64,000 nt of DNA, taken from the NCBI GenBank assembly GCA_963555825.3, contig CAUVXB020000002.1:1024001-1088000 (forward strand), read 5' to 3'. Below, piece by piece: positions 38,744 through 49,941 of this stretch (its first letter is position 1; each line of letters starts with the position of its first letter). This DNA comes from Alphaproteobacteria bacterium (GTDB lineage: Bacteria; Pseudomonadota; Alphaproteobacteria; JAAXGF01). The notes beneath the pieces were generated by a model. That model saw only the letters and a list, made by a program, of their open reading frames with translations, was not told where the DNA came from and did not search any database. Position numbers and translations under genes: made by a program.

Positions 38744-41560
38744 CTATGCCGCGGCCGGCGCGTCGGCGACGACGGTGGCGCAGCGCCGGCACAGCTCATC
38801 GTGACCGGGCACGCGACCGACTTCGGCCAGCACCTGCCAGCAGCGCGCGCATTTCCCGCCCTCGGCGAGACCGACGGTGACCCGCACGCCCGGCACGTCG
38901 TCGTCCGAGAAGGCGCCTTCGAGCGCCGCGTCGCCGACGAAGCTGGCGCCCGAGGTGATGAAGATCTCCGGCAGATCGAGGCCGTCGAGCACGCCGGCGT
39001 ATTCGCTGTTGGCGGCGACGGTGGTAGTCGCCTGCAGGCTCGAGCCGATGCGCTTCTCGCGGCGTTCGACCTCGAGCGCGCCGGTCACCGCGCGGCGCAG
39101 GCGGCGCACCTTGGCCCATTTCTCGGCCAGCGCGTCGTCGCGCCACGCCGCCGGCACCTCGGGGAATAGCTGGAAATGCACGCCGTCTTCGTCGTCCGGG
39201 TAGCGCGTCCGCCAGGCCTCCTCGGCGGTGAAGCAGAGGATCGGCGCGAGCCAGGTGGCGAGGCAGGAAAACAGCGTATCGAGCACGCTGCACGCCGCGC
39301 GGCGCCGCGTCGAGCCGATCGCGTCGCAATAGAGCGCATCCTTGCGGATGTCGAAGTAGAAGGCCGAGAGCTCGGTGGCGCAGAAATTGTGCAGCCGGCT
39401 GAACAGCACGCTGTAATCGTAGTCTTCGCAGGCTTGGCGGACCAGCGCGTCGAGCTTGCTCAGGCGATGCAGTACCCAGCGTTCCAGCTCGGGCATCTCG
39501 GCCGCGTCGAGCCGCTCGGTCTCGTCGAAGCCAGTGAGATTGCCTAGGATGAAGCGCAGCGTGTTGCGCAGCCGGCGGTAGCTGTCGACCTGATAGCGCA
39601 GGATCTCATCGGAGATGCGGACATCCTCGGTGTAGTCCGCGCTGACCGTCCAGATGCGCAGGATGTCGGCGCCGTACTGGTCCATGACGGTCTGCGGCGC
39701 GACCACGTTGCCCAACGACTTCGACATCTTGCGGCCCTCGCCATCGAGCACGAAGCCGTGGGTCAGCACCGTGTCGTAGGGCGCCCGTCCGCGCGTGCCG
39801 CATGATTCCACGAGTGAGGAATGGAACCAGCCACGGTGCTGGTCGGTGCCCTCGAGATAGATCGACGCCGGCCAGACGAGGTCGTCGCGGCTCTCGAGCA
39901 CGAAGCTGTGGGTCGAGCCCGATTCGAACCAGACGTCGACGATGTCGTCGACCTTATGGTAATCGGCGGCGTCGTAGGCATCGCCCAGGAAGTCCTGGGG
40001 GTCGGCGGTGAACCAGACGTCGGCGCCGGCTTCCTCGACCGCTGCGGCGATGCGGTCGAGCACCGCCTGATCGCGCAGCAGCTCGCCTGACGCCTTGTTG
40101 ACGAAGACCGCGATCGGCACGCCCCAGGCGCGCTGGCGAGAGATCACCCAGTCGGGCTTATCGGCGATCATCGCCGTGATCCGGTTGCGTCCGGCACCCG
40201 GCACCCAGCGCACCCGTTCGATCGCGGCGAGCGCGACGGCGCGCAGATCGTTGGTGCTCATCGAGATGAACCACTGCGGCGTGTTGCGGAAGATCAGCGG
40301 CGCCTTGGAGCGCCAGGAATGCGGGTAGCTGTGGGTCAGCTTGCCGCGCGCGAGCAGCGCGCCGGCCGCCGCCAGCGCCTCGGCGACATCCGCGTCGACC
40401 TTGAACACATGGTGGCCGGCGAACAGCGGCACCGCGTCGACGAAGACGCCGTCGCCGTCGACCGTTTCGGGCACCTCTAGGCCGTGCTTGACGCCAGCAT
40501 CGAAGTCCTCGGCGCCATGGCCCGGCGCGATATGCACCAGCCCGGTGCCCTGCTCGAGCGTGACATGCGGCGCGGCCAACAGCGGCACGTCGAAGTCGTA
40601 GCCCTGGCCGCGCAGCGGGTGCGCACAGACCGTGCCGGTGAGCGCCGCGCCGGTCAGCTTCGCGACCACCTTGTGGGCCGTGATGCCGGCCCGCGCGCAA
40701 ACCGCGGCGCACAACGCCTCGCACAACAGGAGCCGCTCGCCGATCACCGCGGCGCTGCCTTCGGCGATCGCCTCGACCTCGACGACGCAGTAATCGAACG
40801 CGTCGCCGTAGGCGATGCCGCGGTTGCCCGGGATGGTCCAGGGCGTCGTCGTCCAGATCACCGCGCTGGCGCCCGCGAGCGCCGCCTCGTCCGTCGCGAC
40901 CACGGGGAAGCGCACGTCGATCGTCGTCGAGGTATGGTCGTGGTATTCGACCTCGGCCTCGGCCAGCGCGGTCTTCTCGACGACCGACCAGAGTACCGGC
41001 TTGGCGCCCTTATAGAGGCCGCCGTTCATGACGAACTTGCCGATCTCGCGGATGATCTGCGCTTCGGCCGGGAACGCCATGGTGGTGTATGGGTTGGCCC
41101 AGTCGCCGACGACGCCGAGGCGCTGAAATTCGGCCGACTGGACGTCGACCCAGTGCTCGGCGAACGCGCGGCATTCCTGGCGAAACTGGACGATCGGCAC
41201 GGCATCCTTGTCGCGCTTGTCCTTGCGGTATTTCTGCTCGACCATCCACTCGATCGGCAGGCCGTGGCAATCCCAGCCGGGCACGTAGTTGGAATCGAAG
41301 CCGAGCATCTGCCGCGAGCGCACGACGACGTCCTTGAGGATCTTGTTCATCGCCGTGCCGATGTGGATGTTGCCGTTGGCGTAGGGCGGGCCGTCGTGCA
41401 GGATGAATTTCTCGCGGCCCGCCGACGCGGCGCGCAGCCGGCGGTAGACGTCGCGCTCGGCCCAGCGCGCCAGCATCTCGGGCTCGCGCTTGGGCAGCTG
41501 CGCCTTCATCGGAAAATCGGTGTTGGGCAGCAACACGGTAGACCGGTAGTCGGTGGCCAT
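38744..41560 (-). CDS. ileS: Isoleucine-tRNA ligase
   Basis: HDGPPYANGNIHIG, KMSKS, C-terminal zinc finger. Confidence 0.98.
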   Translation of the reverse strand: MATDYRSTVLLPNTDFPMKAQLPKREPEMLARWAERDVYRRLRAASAGREKFILHDGPPYANGNIHIGTAMNKILKDVVVRSRQMLGFDSNYVPGWDCHGLPIEWMVEQKYRKDKRDKDAVPIVQFRQECRAFAEHWVDVQSAEFQRLGVVGDWANPYTTMAFPAEAQIIREIGKFVMNGGLYKGAKPVLWSVVEKTALAEAEVEYHDHTSTTIDVRFPVVATDEAALAGASAVIWTTTPWTIPGNRGIAYGDAFDYCVVEVEAIAEGSAAVIGERLLLCEALCAAVCARAGITAHKVVAKLTGAALTGTVCAHPLRGQGYDFDVPLLAAPHVTLEQGTGLVHIAPGHGAEDFDAGVKHGLEVPETVDGDGVFVDAVPLFAGHHVFKVDADVAEALAAAGALLARGKLTHSYPHSWRSKAPLIFRNTPQWFISMSTNDLRAVALAAIERVRWVPGAGRNRITAMIADKPDWVISRQRAWGVPIAVFVNKASGELLRDQAVLDRIAAAVEEAGADVWFTADPQDFLGDAYDAADYHKVDDIVDVWFESGSTHSFVLESRDDLVWPASIYLEGTDQHRGWFHSSLVESCGTRGRAPYDTVLTHGFVLDGEGRKMSKSLGNVVAPQTVMDQYGADILRIWTVSADYTEDVRISDEILRYQVDSYRRLRNTLRFILGNLTGFDETERLDAAEMPELERWVLHRLSKLDALVRQACEDYDYSVLFSRLHNFCATELSAFYFDIRKDALYCDAIGSTRRRAACSVLDTLFSCLATWLAPILCFTAEEAWRTRYPDDEDGVHFQLFPEVPAAWRDDALAEKWAKVRRLRRAVTGALEVERREKRIGSSLQATTTVAANSEYAGVLDGLDLPEIFITSGASFVGDAALEGAFSDDDVPGVRVTVGLAEGGKCARCWQVLAEVGRVPGHDELCRRCATVVADAPAAA

Positions 41561-41592
41561 CGTCGGTACTTTCAGGCTGGTCGCGGCGTTTA

Positions 41593-41854
41593 TACCAGGG
41601 AGCCGTGATAAAGGCCCATAGAGATCGCGTCCGCTTTTCGCCGGTGAGGCAAGGAAGCCGCGGGCGATGCAGCGCATCGGCTAGGCTTCCTGACGCCCGC
41701 CGGCGATAAGCGGCCGCGACCGGGACGGCGGCTTGCCGAGGCTCTCGGACGTCGTTGCGCCCGTCTTGCGATGCGCTGCATCGCCGCGACGGGCGCGCCT
41801 AGCCGAGAACCACGGCAAGCCGTCTCTAGGGGTCTTTATCACTGCTCCATGGTA
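41593..41854. mobile_element. 262-bp MITE with IS630-like ends, flanked by TTA direct repeats
   Basis: ~31-bp imperfect TIR TACCAGGGAGCCGTGATAAAGGCCCATAGAGA / TCTCTAGGGGTCTTTATCACTGCTCCATGGTA; TTA at 41590-92 and 41855-57. Confidence 0.8.
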
Positions 41855-42850
<996 letters not shown>

Positions 42851-43092
42851 ACGCGCGTTTACCGCAAATGGCCGGCGAACTCAACCAAGCGCCGTGCCGG
42901 ATAGTGTTTCCGTTTGAAACTTGACCTGGCCTGAAAGCACGAAGCGCACCCGCATGTCGGCTAATCGTCCGCAAGCGGTCATCGTTCTGGTGCGGCCGTT
43001 GAGTCCGGGTATAATGGGGTGGACGGCCCCACACGGCATCTAGGTGCCAGAAGTGGTAGCTGTTGGCTGATCACGTACAAAGGAGCCGTCCT

Positions 43093-44124
43093 ATGACCGA
43101 GGTTAACACGATCGGACTTGATCTTGCGAAGAACGTTTTCCAGGTTCACGGGGTCGATGTCTCAGGCGAGACCGTGATCCGCCGGCAACTGAGGCGCCGC
43201 CAGGTTGTGCCGTTCTTCAGCAAGCAGCCGGCTTGTCTGGTCGGTATCGAGGCCTGCGCGACGTCGCACCATTGGGCGCGGGAACTCGGGGCGCTTGGCC
43301 ATGAGGTGCGCATCATGCCGGCGGCTTACGTGAAGCCCTACGTCAAGCGCAACAAGAACGACGCGGCGGATGCCGAAGCGATCTGCGAAGCGGTAACGCG
43401 GCCATCGATGCGTTTCGTGGCGGTGAAGACGGCCGCGCAGCAGAGCGTGTTGATGGACCACCGGACGCGCGAACTCCTGGTTCGGCAGCGGACCATGCTG
43501 GTCAACGCGATCCGCGCGCACATGGCGGAGTTCGGGGTCGTCGCCCGGGTCGGGCTGCCGCAGGTGAAGGAACTCCTCGCGGTCATCGCTGATGAGGGCG
43601 ATGAGCGCATCCCGCCATTGGCACGAACATGCCTGGAAGGACTGGCGCGGCAGTTGCTGTCGCTGGAGCGCGAGATCACCACCACCGAGCAGCGCATTCA
43701 TGCCTGGCATCGGGCGAACCAGGTCAGCCAACGTCTGGCGACCATTCCCGGCATCGGACCGCTCACGGCGAGTGCGCTGGCGGCCTCGATCGCCGACCCT
43801 TCGGTGTTCAGATCGGGGCGTGAACTGGCGGCTTGGATCGGTCTGGTGCCCAGACAGATATCGACCGGCGGCAAGCAGCGGCTCGGCCGCATCTCAAAGG
43901 CGGGCGACCACTACCTCCGGTGGCTGCTCGTCGCCGGCGCCATGACGGTGATACGCCACGGGCGAAGATCAAACTTCGAGAAGAACCCTTGGCTGGGCGA
44001 TCTCATGGCGCGCAAATCGACCAAGCTCGCCGCCGTGGCGCTGGCCAACAAGAACGCACGAACCGCCTGGGCGCTGCTCGCCAACGGTGGAACCTACCGT
44101 CAGCCAGCAGTCACCGCCGCTTGA
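43093..44124 (+). CDS. IS110-family DEDD recombinase/transposase
   Basis: GLDLAK, GIEAC, KNDAADA, IPGIG, STGG. Confidence 0.95.
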   Translation: MTEVNTIGLDLAKNVFQVHGVDVSGETVIRRQLRRRQVVPFFSKQPACLVGIEACATSHHWARELGALGHEVRIMPAAYVKPYVKRNKNDAADAEAICEAVTRPSMRFVAVKTAAQQSVLMDHRTRELLVRQRTMLVNAIRAHMAEFGVVARVGLPQVKELLAVIADEGDERIPPLARTCLEGLARQLLSLEREITTTEQRIHAWHRANQVSQRLATIPGIGPLTASALAASIADPSVFRSGRELAAWIGLVPRQISTGGKQRLGRISKAGDHYLRWLLVAGAMTVIRHGRRSNFEKNPWLGDLMARKSTKLAAVALANKNARTAWALLANGGTYRQPAVTAA

Positions 44125-44137
44125 GACAGACGCCTTA

Positions 44138-45312
44138 TACCAGTGAGCCTATGAAATCACCTTCATGATCCATGGATAGGCGCAGAGGGTTCGCATACGA
44201 TCCGGTTCTGCGATGAGGTCGATCCATGCTTGGCAACAGGCGTCGATGATGGCCTCGGTGTCGTCGAGGACGCGGAGCGATAGGAAGCGTTCGCGTAGGT
44301 AGAGCCAAACCCGCTCGACGGGGTTGAGTTCGGGACTGTAAGGCGGCAACAGCGCCAAGGTGACGTTGTCGGGGACGGTGAGGGCGCGCTCGTCGTGCCA
44401 ACCGGCGCCGTCGCACATCATGACGGCGTGCGCATCCTGGTCCAGGGTATCGGCGAAGTGTGCGAGAAACAGGTCCATGACCTTGGCGTTGACGCTCGGC
44501 ATCACCAGGGTGACGTCGTCGCCGGTGTCCGGGCGCACGGCGGAGAAGATGTAGGCCCACTGGTAGCCGATTTGACGCGTCCCGGGGGCACGCTCGCCCC
44601 TGCGCCACCACCGGTGACACACCCGGCCCTTGTTGCCGACGCGCGCTTCATCCTGAAACCACAGCTGTAGGCGCTTGTCGGGATGCGCCGCGGCGGTCGC
44701 CTTCAGGATGTCGCGAAGCCCCCTTTTTTGAAGCGCTCCTGCGCTTCGGCGTCCCTTCGCGGGTGGCTCGGGCGCGCCTTCTGGCGGGAAAATCCCATCC
44801 GCCGTAGAACCCGGGTCATGCTCGAGGGGTGGTAGGTCTTGGCGAAGCGCTCCTCCAGCCAGCGGCACAGATCGGCCCGGGTCCAGGCGCAAACCCCGTC
44901 GCGCTCAGGCTCCGGCCCGGCGATGATGACCGCCGCCAGCGCCGCTTCCTCGTCTGCCGTCAGCCGCCGCGGCGAGTAGCCCTTTGGACGGTCGTGAAGC
45001 CCCTCCAATCCCTTTGCATTGTAACGAACAACCGCGTCGCGAAGCGTTTGGCGATCCATCCCCGCAAGCCGCGCGGCATCAGCCCGGGGCATCTCCTCCA
45101 AAGCATTCGCGATCCCATAGGCCCGCGCCGCCGCTCGACCGTACGATTCCACGCGAGCCCAGCGCCGAAGCTCCAAAGGCGTCAAATCATCCCGTATCTT
45201 GAGTGCTGATCCCATGACATCCCCCACATCTGGTGGGAGACCATAGAATCACAATCCGCCATCATCCGCCATCAATGAATATCCCGAGAGTCAATTCAGG
45301 CGCTCACTGGTA
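44138..45312 (-). mobile_element. IS630-family element (two-ORF, frameshifting type)
   Basis: TIR TACCAGTGAGC/GCTCACTGGTA; TTA on both sides (44135-37, 45313-15). Confidence 0.9.
44149..45215 (-). CDS. IS630 transposase (HTH ORF + DDE ORF joined by probable -1 frameshift)
   Basis: ORF1 HTH ends ERFKKGG; AAAAAAG slippery site at 44723-44729; ORF2 has FQDEARVG, CDGAGWH, LPPYSPELNPVE. Confidence 0.9.
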
Positions 45313-45319
45313 TTAAACC

Positions 45320-45500
45320 CTTTGGCAGGGTGATCGTGAGGTAATGCAAGACCGGTCGAATACCGGGGATCGGAGAAACCCGTCATGGCTAGGGAGCCTC
45401 GAGCTCGTGGGTTTAGTTGGGACCCGATCCCGCGGATCGCATTAGGGCCAGCGGTCAAGAGCACCGCATCAACAGGCCGGACACATAGCCGCACCCGACC
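45320..45500 (+). ncRNA. Predicted bridge/seek RNA of the IS1111-type element (boundaries approximate)
   Basis: Two stem-internal-loop domains (45366-45431, 45432-45492) whose loops match the reconstructed target and donor. Confidence 0.7.
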
Positions 45501-45526
45501 AACTTGCATGACCGTCAAAACAACCC

Positions 45527-45553
45527 TTGCCAAATCGGGGCCGTCCACACATA
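45527..45553 (+). promoter_or_regulatory. -35 half of a circle-junction promoter
   Basis: TTGCCA + 17 bp + CATAAT is formed only when the right end joins the left end through the ATA core. Confidence 0.65.
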
Positions 45554-45657
45554 GCCATGGGGGGTTATTCGGACGCACGCTAGATCTCCGATATTTCCCA
45601 AAATCAGGTTTGCGAGAGAGGCAACGGCTTCCATCGCTGGGATTGTTGCACCAACCC

Positions 45658-48600
45658 TCAAGTCAGGTCGTCGAGCAGGGCCTTAGCCTCTTTCAGATCG
45701 GTGGTGTCGAAGCCCTCGGTGAACCAGTCGTAGACCGGCGCGAGAAGGTCGCGGGCCTCCGACCGCTTGCCCTCGCCTTGCCACAGGCGCGCGAGGCCCA
45801 TAGCGGCGCGCAGCTCCAAGGACCTGGCGCTCTGGCCGAGGGCGATCTCGATGGCCTGCTTGAAGCAGGCTTCGGCCTCGCCGCCGTTGCCGTCCGAAAG
45901 CGACAGCAGCAGCACGCCCTTGAGGCGGTGAAGCTCGGCGTCCCAGAAGACAATTCCGTTGTCCTTGCTGGCGTCGAAGGCGTTCGCGAGGACCGTCATG
46001 CCCTCATCGGCCTGACCGGCCTGTGCGAGCAAATCGATGTAATAGCCCAGTGCATGGGGTTTTTCGTACGCGCGTCCCACCGCCCGCCAGGCCGCGAGCC
46101 CCTCGCGGATGCTGGCAATCGCTTCCTCGAGCCGGCCGCCACCGACCGCGGCCCAGCCATCGACGAACGCCGAGGTCGCGTGTTCCTGGGGGAAGCCATG
46201 CTCGCGCGTGATTTCGACGACCGCCTCGCCCAGCTCCTTCGCCATGTCGACCTCGCGGCGCAACTGGTAGGTCAGCGCGCCCTGCTCGAGGGCCAGCCCC
46301 AGGCTATGTGGATGGTGGATTCTGTGGGCAAGCTCGATTGCCTCGCCAACATGGGCGGCCGCCTGATCGGGATAGCCGAGCGCCCAGAGCGAATGAGCGG
46401 CGGTCGCGTGGCCGCAGACGCAGGGGTCATGCCCGCCGAACCGGAAGGTCTGAGCGTGGTGACGGCGAGCATCGTAGACCGCGATGGCTTGGCTCGTATG
46501 GTCTCGGCATGCGGCGAACTCGCCCAGGTAGAACCGGGTGGTCCATTGTGAGTGATGGGCCTGAAGGGAATATGCCGCGTCGTCCCGCCGTTGCGCCAGG
46601 TCGGACAACTCGTCGGCCAGCGCGAGCGCGCTCGGAATATCGCCGATAACGGTCCTGTATCGCCAAAGTCCCCACAGGGCGGCGAAGCGGTCCGCCGGCT
46701 CGCCGACGTCCCGGCACAGTGCGCGGGCCCGCGTATATGCGCGTTCCACCTCGGGTGCGCCGTCCCAATCAACCGACATGATTCCGACGCCAAGACCGAG
46801 CTGAATGGCGAGTTCCTGCCGCGCCCGGTCAGGCGTTTCGGGCAGGTCCTCTAGAAGCTCTAGTCCCCTGGTCAGGCTGCCCACCGCCTCGGCGTTCGCC
46901 AAGCGCTCGATGGCGCGCTGACCGGCACGCTGCCAATAGTCCACCGCCTGCTCGGTAAGGCCCGCCTCGGTGTAGTGATGGGCTAGTCGCTCGAACTGTT
47001 CGCCCGGGCGGCTGACGGACGCCGCCTCGATGTGCTCGGCGATGGCCTGGTGGAGCTTGCGGCGGCGCTCCCCAAGCAGACTGCCGTAGGCGACTTCGTA
47101 GGTCAGCGCGTGCTTGAAGGTGTATTCCGGGTCGGGGAACAGCCGCGTCTCGTAAACGAACTCGGCCGTCTGCAGTTCGCTCAACCCGCGCCGCAGCTCC
47201 TCCTCGGGCGTCTCGGCGATGGCCAGTAGCAGGTCGTAGGGCACGTCCTTGCCGATCACCGCCGCGGTCTGAAGCAGCCGCTTGTTGTCGGCCGGCAGGC
47301 GGTCGATGCGCGCCGCCAGAACGCCCTGCACTGTCGCCGGTACTTCGACAGTGGCGGCCTCGTCCGTCAGTTGGTAGGCCCCCGGCGCGCCGCTGAGTAT
47401 CCCCGCCTCGACCAGGGTGCGCACGCTCTCCTCGAGGAAGAACGGGTTGCCCGCGGTGCGCTCGATCAGGGTCTCCCTGAGCGGCGCCAGCGCGGCGTCC
47501 TCGCCCAGCATGGCCACCAGCAGCTCGTCGGCGCTTTCCGCCGGCAGCGGGTCGATGCGGCGCTGGCTGTAGAACGTCTTGCTGCCCCAGCCGTGGCTGT
47601 ATTCGGGACGGTAGTTGGCGAGCAGCAGAATGCGCGACGCCGGCAGGCTCTCGACCAGGCTGTCGAGGAACACCTGGGTCTCGCCGTCGATCCAGTGCAG
47701 GTCCTCGAAGACCACGGCCAAGGGCTGCACGGCGCTCTCCCTGAGCAGCAGGGTCTTGACCGCGTCCAGCGTCCGGCGCCGGTGCTGGGAGGGATCGAGC
47801 GCCTGCCAGGCCTCATCGTCCACGGCGACGTCGAACAGGGTGAGGAAGGGCGTAAGCAGCGGCTTCAGGCCCTCGTCCAGGGTCAGCAGCTTGCCGGTGA
47901 CCTTCTCGCGAATCTGCCGGGCGTCGTCGCGGCCCTCGATGCGGAAGTAGGCCTTGAGCAGGTCGATGATCGGCAGATAGGCCGTCGCCTTGCCGTAGGA
48001 CACCGAACCGCTTTCCAGGACCAGCCAGCCCTCGGTTCGGTGGGAATGGGTGAACTCGTAGAACAGGCGCGACTTGCCGACACCGGCCTCGCCGATCACG
48101 GCGACGATCTGGCCGTCGCCGCCGCCGGCCCGGTCGAGCGCCCGCCCCAGGGCCTCGATTTCGGTCTGGCGCCCGATGAACCGGCTGAGCCCGCGCGCCA
48201 AGGCGGCCTGGAAGCGCGTCCGCACGGTCGTCGCGCCGGTCAGCTCGAAGACCTCGATGGGCGCCTCCAGCCCCTTGACCGGGATCGGACCGAGCCCGTT
48301 CACCTGAACGAACCCCTCGGCGAGCTGCAGCGTATCGCCGGTAATCCGGATGGTGCCGGGAACCGCGAGCTGTTCCATCCGGCCCGCGAGATGCGTCGTC
48401 TCGCCGATGGCGTCGTAGTCCATCGTCAGGTCGTTGCCGATGGCCCGCACCACCACCTCGCCCGAGTTGAGCCCGACCCGGACTTGCATTTCGACGCCGT
48501 GCGTCCGGCGAACCTCTTCGGCGCTGCGGTGGATGGCGTCCTGCATGGCGAGCGCGGCGTAGCATGCGCGCACTGCGTGGTCCTCGTGGGCCAGTGGCGC

Positions 48601-49038
48601 GCCGAACAGTGCCATGATGCCGTCGCCCAGCACCTTATTGACCGTGCCTTCGTAGCGGTGCACCGCCTCCATCATGGTGCGGATCGCCGAATCGAGCAGC
48701 TCATGGACGCGTTCGGGGTCGCTACCCCGGATCAGCTCGAGCGAACCCTGGATGTCGGCGAACAGCACGGTGACCTGCTTGCGCTCACCCTCGACTGCAT
48801 CCCGGGCGGTGCGGATGCGGTCGGCAAGGTGCTGGGGCGTGTAGGACTGGGGCGCGGCGAAACTGGCCCGGCCGGTCGGCTCGGCCCCGGCGAGCTCGGT
48901 GCCGCAGTCGCCGCAGAACCGTGAATTGGAAGGGTTGGCATGGCCGCAGGACGGACAGGTCTTGTCGAGGGGCGCGCCGCAACCCCCGCAGAACCGATTA
49001 TCGTCCGGGTTCTCGAACTGGCACCTGGGACACTCCAA
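45658..49038 (-). CDS. Double zinc ribbon + class III nucleotide cyclase + AAA/STAND-like ATPase + TPR protein
   Basis: CPRC/CGGC/CPSC/CGDC, FADIQGS, GDG, GEAGVGKS, FEDLHW, GNPFF, SLELRAA; TTG start inferred. Confidence 0.9.
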   Translation of the reverse strand: MECPRCQFENPDDNRFCGGCGAPLDKTCPSCGHANPSNSRFCGDCGTELAGAEPTGRASFAAPQSYTPQHLADRIRTARDAVEGERKQVTVLFADIQGSLELIRGSDPERVHELLDSAIRTMMEAVHRYEGTVNKVLGDGIMALFGAPLAHEDHAVRACYAALAMQDAIHRSAEEVRRTHGVEMQVRVGLNSGEVVVRAIGNDLTMDYDAIGETTHLAGRMEQLAVPGTIRITGDTLQLAEGFVQVNGLGPIPVKGLEAPIEVFELTGATTVRTRFQAALARGLSRFIGRQTEIEALGRALDRAGGGDGQIVAVIGEAGVGKSRLFYEFTHSHRTEGWLVLESGSVSYGKATAYLPIIDLLKAYFRIEGRDDARQIREKVTGKLLTLDEGLKPLLTPFLTLFDVAVDDEAWQALDPSQHRRRTLDAVKTLLLRESAVQPLAVVFEDLHWIDGETQVFLDSLVESLPASRILLLANYRPEYSHGWGSKTFYSQRRIDPLPAESADELLVAMLGEDAALAPLRETLIERTAGNPFFLEESVRTLVEAGILSGAPGAYQLTDEAATVEVPATVQGVLAARIDRLPADNKRLLQTAAVIGKDVPYDLLLAIAETPEEELRRGLSELQTAEFVYETRLFPDPEYTFKHALTYEVAYGSLLGERRRKLHQAIAEHIEAASVSRPGEQFERLAHHYTEAGLTEQAVDYWQRAGQRAIERLANAEAVGSLTRGLELLEDLPETPDRARQELAIQLGLGVGIMSVDWDGAPEVERAYTRARALCRDVGEPADRFAALWGLWRYRTVIGDIPSALALADELSDLAQRRDDAAYSLQAHHSQWTTRFYLGEFAACRDHTSQAIAVYDARRHHAQTFRFGGHDPCVCGHATAAHSLWALGYPDQAAAHVGEAIELAHRIHHPHSLGLALEQGALTYQLRREVDMAKELGEAVVEITREHGFPQEHATSAFVDGWAAVGGGRLEEAIASIREGLAAWRAVGRAYEKPHALGYYIDLLAQAGQADEGMTVLANAFDASKDNGIVFWDAELHRLKGVLLLSLSDGNGGEAEACFKQAIEIALGQSARSLELRAAMGLARLWQGEGKRSEARDLLAPVYDWFTEGFDTTDLKEAKALLDDLT

Positions 49039-49443
49039 AGCCGCCGTTCCCCGCTCCTTTTGGTTGTTGCGGCAAGGGTGCACCAAAAGCGATGTACTGG
49101 CTAGGGCGCATGCCCCAAGCGGCTTGGGCCTATCAATCCATTGGACGAGTGATCTAATACGCTCGACAGCGACGGCGCCTAATCAACTCGGATTCGGACG
49201 TCGAAAGTCGTCGTTGGTGACGCGCACCTGTCAGTCTGCTCTATCAGGCAAAACTCCGCTTCGGGTCTACCATCGAAATTCAACAGCGGCTGTGCCGATG
49301 ACCGCGCGCCAACGTCTGATGTCGCACGCAACGCAAACATAATCCGCTAAAAGGCCGACGTTCCGGGCGTTGTTTCGACTGAATTTCAAACTGAGACACT
49401 ACACCGTGCCGGATCCGGCATCGGCGCCACGGCGCGGGCCGCG

Positions 49444-49941
49444 TCAGTCGGCGGCTCGGACCATCGCCTCGGGCCGCGCCGGCACCATGACCACGGCGTC
49501 GCCGTCGACCACGACGGTCGCGCCGACCGTGCAGATGGTCTCGAGCATGACGCGACGCCGCTCGGGCGCCAGTTCGGTGATCGTCGCCCGCGCGCGCACC
49601 GTGTCGCCGGCGCGCACCGGCGCCTTGAACTTGCAGTTCTGGGTAATGTAGATGCAGCCCGGGCCGGGCAGCTTGGTGCCGATCACCGTCGAGAGGAAAC
49701 TCGCCGACAGCATGCCGTGGGCGATCGGCCCGCCGAACATGGTGGTCCGCGCGTATTCGTGATCGAGATGCAGCGGATTGGTGTCGCCCGAGATCGCGCA
49801 GAACATATTGATGTCCGATTCGGTGACGGTCTTGGAATAGACCGCGGTCATGCCGATCGCCAGGTCCTCGAAGGCGTAACCCTCGTATTCGGAGACGTCG
49901 AGGGTCGCGGTAACGGCGTGTTGCGAACTGTCAGGCATCAA
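49444..49941 (-). CDS. MaoC family dehydratase ((R)-enoyl-CoA hydratase-like)
   Basis: SGDTNPLH, IAHGML, LPGPG. Confidence 0.9.
   Translation of the reverse strand: MMPDSSQHAVTATLDVSEYEGYAFEDLAIGMTAVYSKTVTESDINMFCAISGDTNPLHLDHEYARTTMFGGPIAHGMLSASFLSTVIGTKLPGPGCIYITQNCKFKAPVRAGDTVRARATITELAPERRRVMLETICTVGATVVVDGDAVVMVPARPEAMVRAAD

Larger units (their letters stand above)
43011..45553 (+). mobile_element. IS110-family (IS1111-type) element, interrupted by IS630
   Basis: Sub-terminal IRs GTGGACGGCCCC / GGGGCCGTCCAC, ATA core at both ends, long 3' non-coding end. Confidence 0.85.
42900..49403. mobile_element. 6.5-kb non-autonomous TIR cassette with 8-bp target duplication (IS1595-like, family inferred)
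   Basis: Left end GATAGTGTTTCCGTTTGAAA vs reverse complement of right end TGTAGTGTCTCAGTTTGAAA; CCGTGCCG at 42892-42899 and 49404-49411; separates maoC from ribF. Confidence 0.75.
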
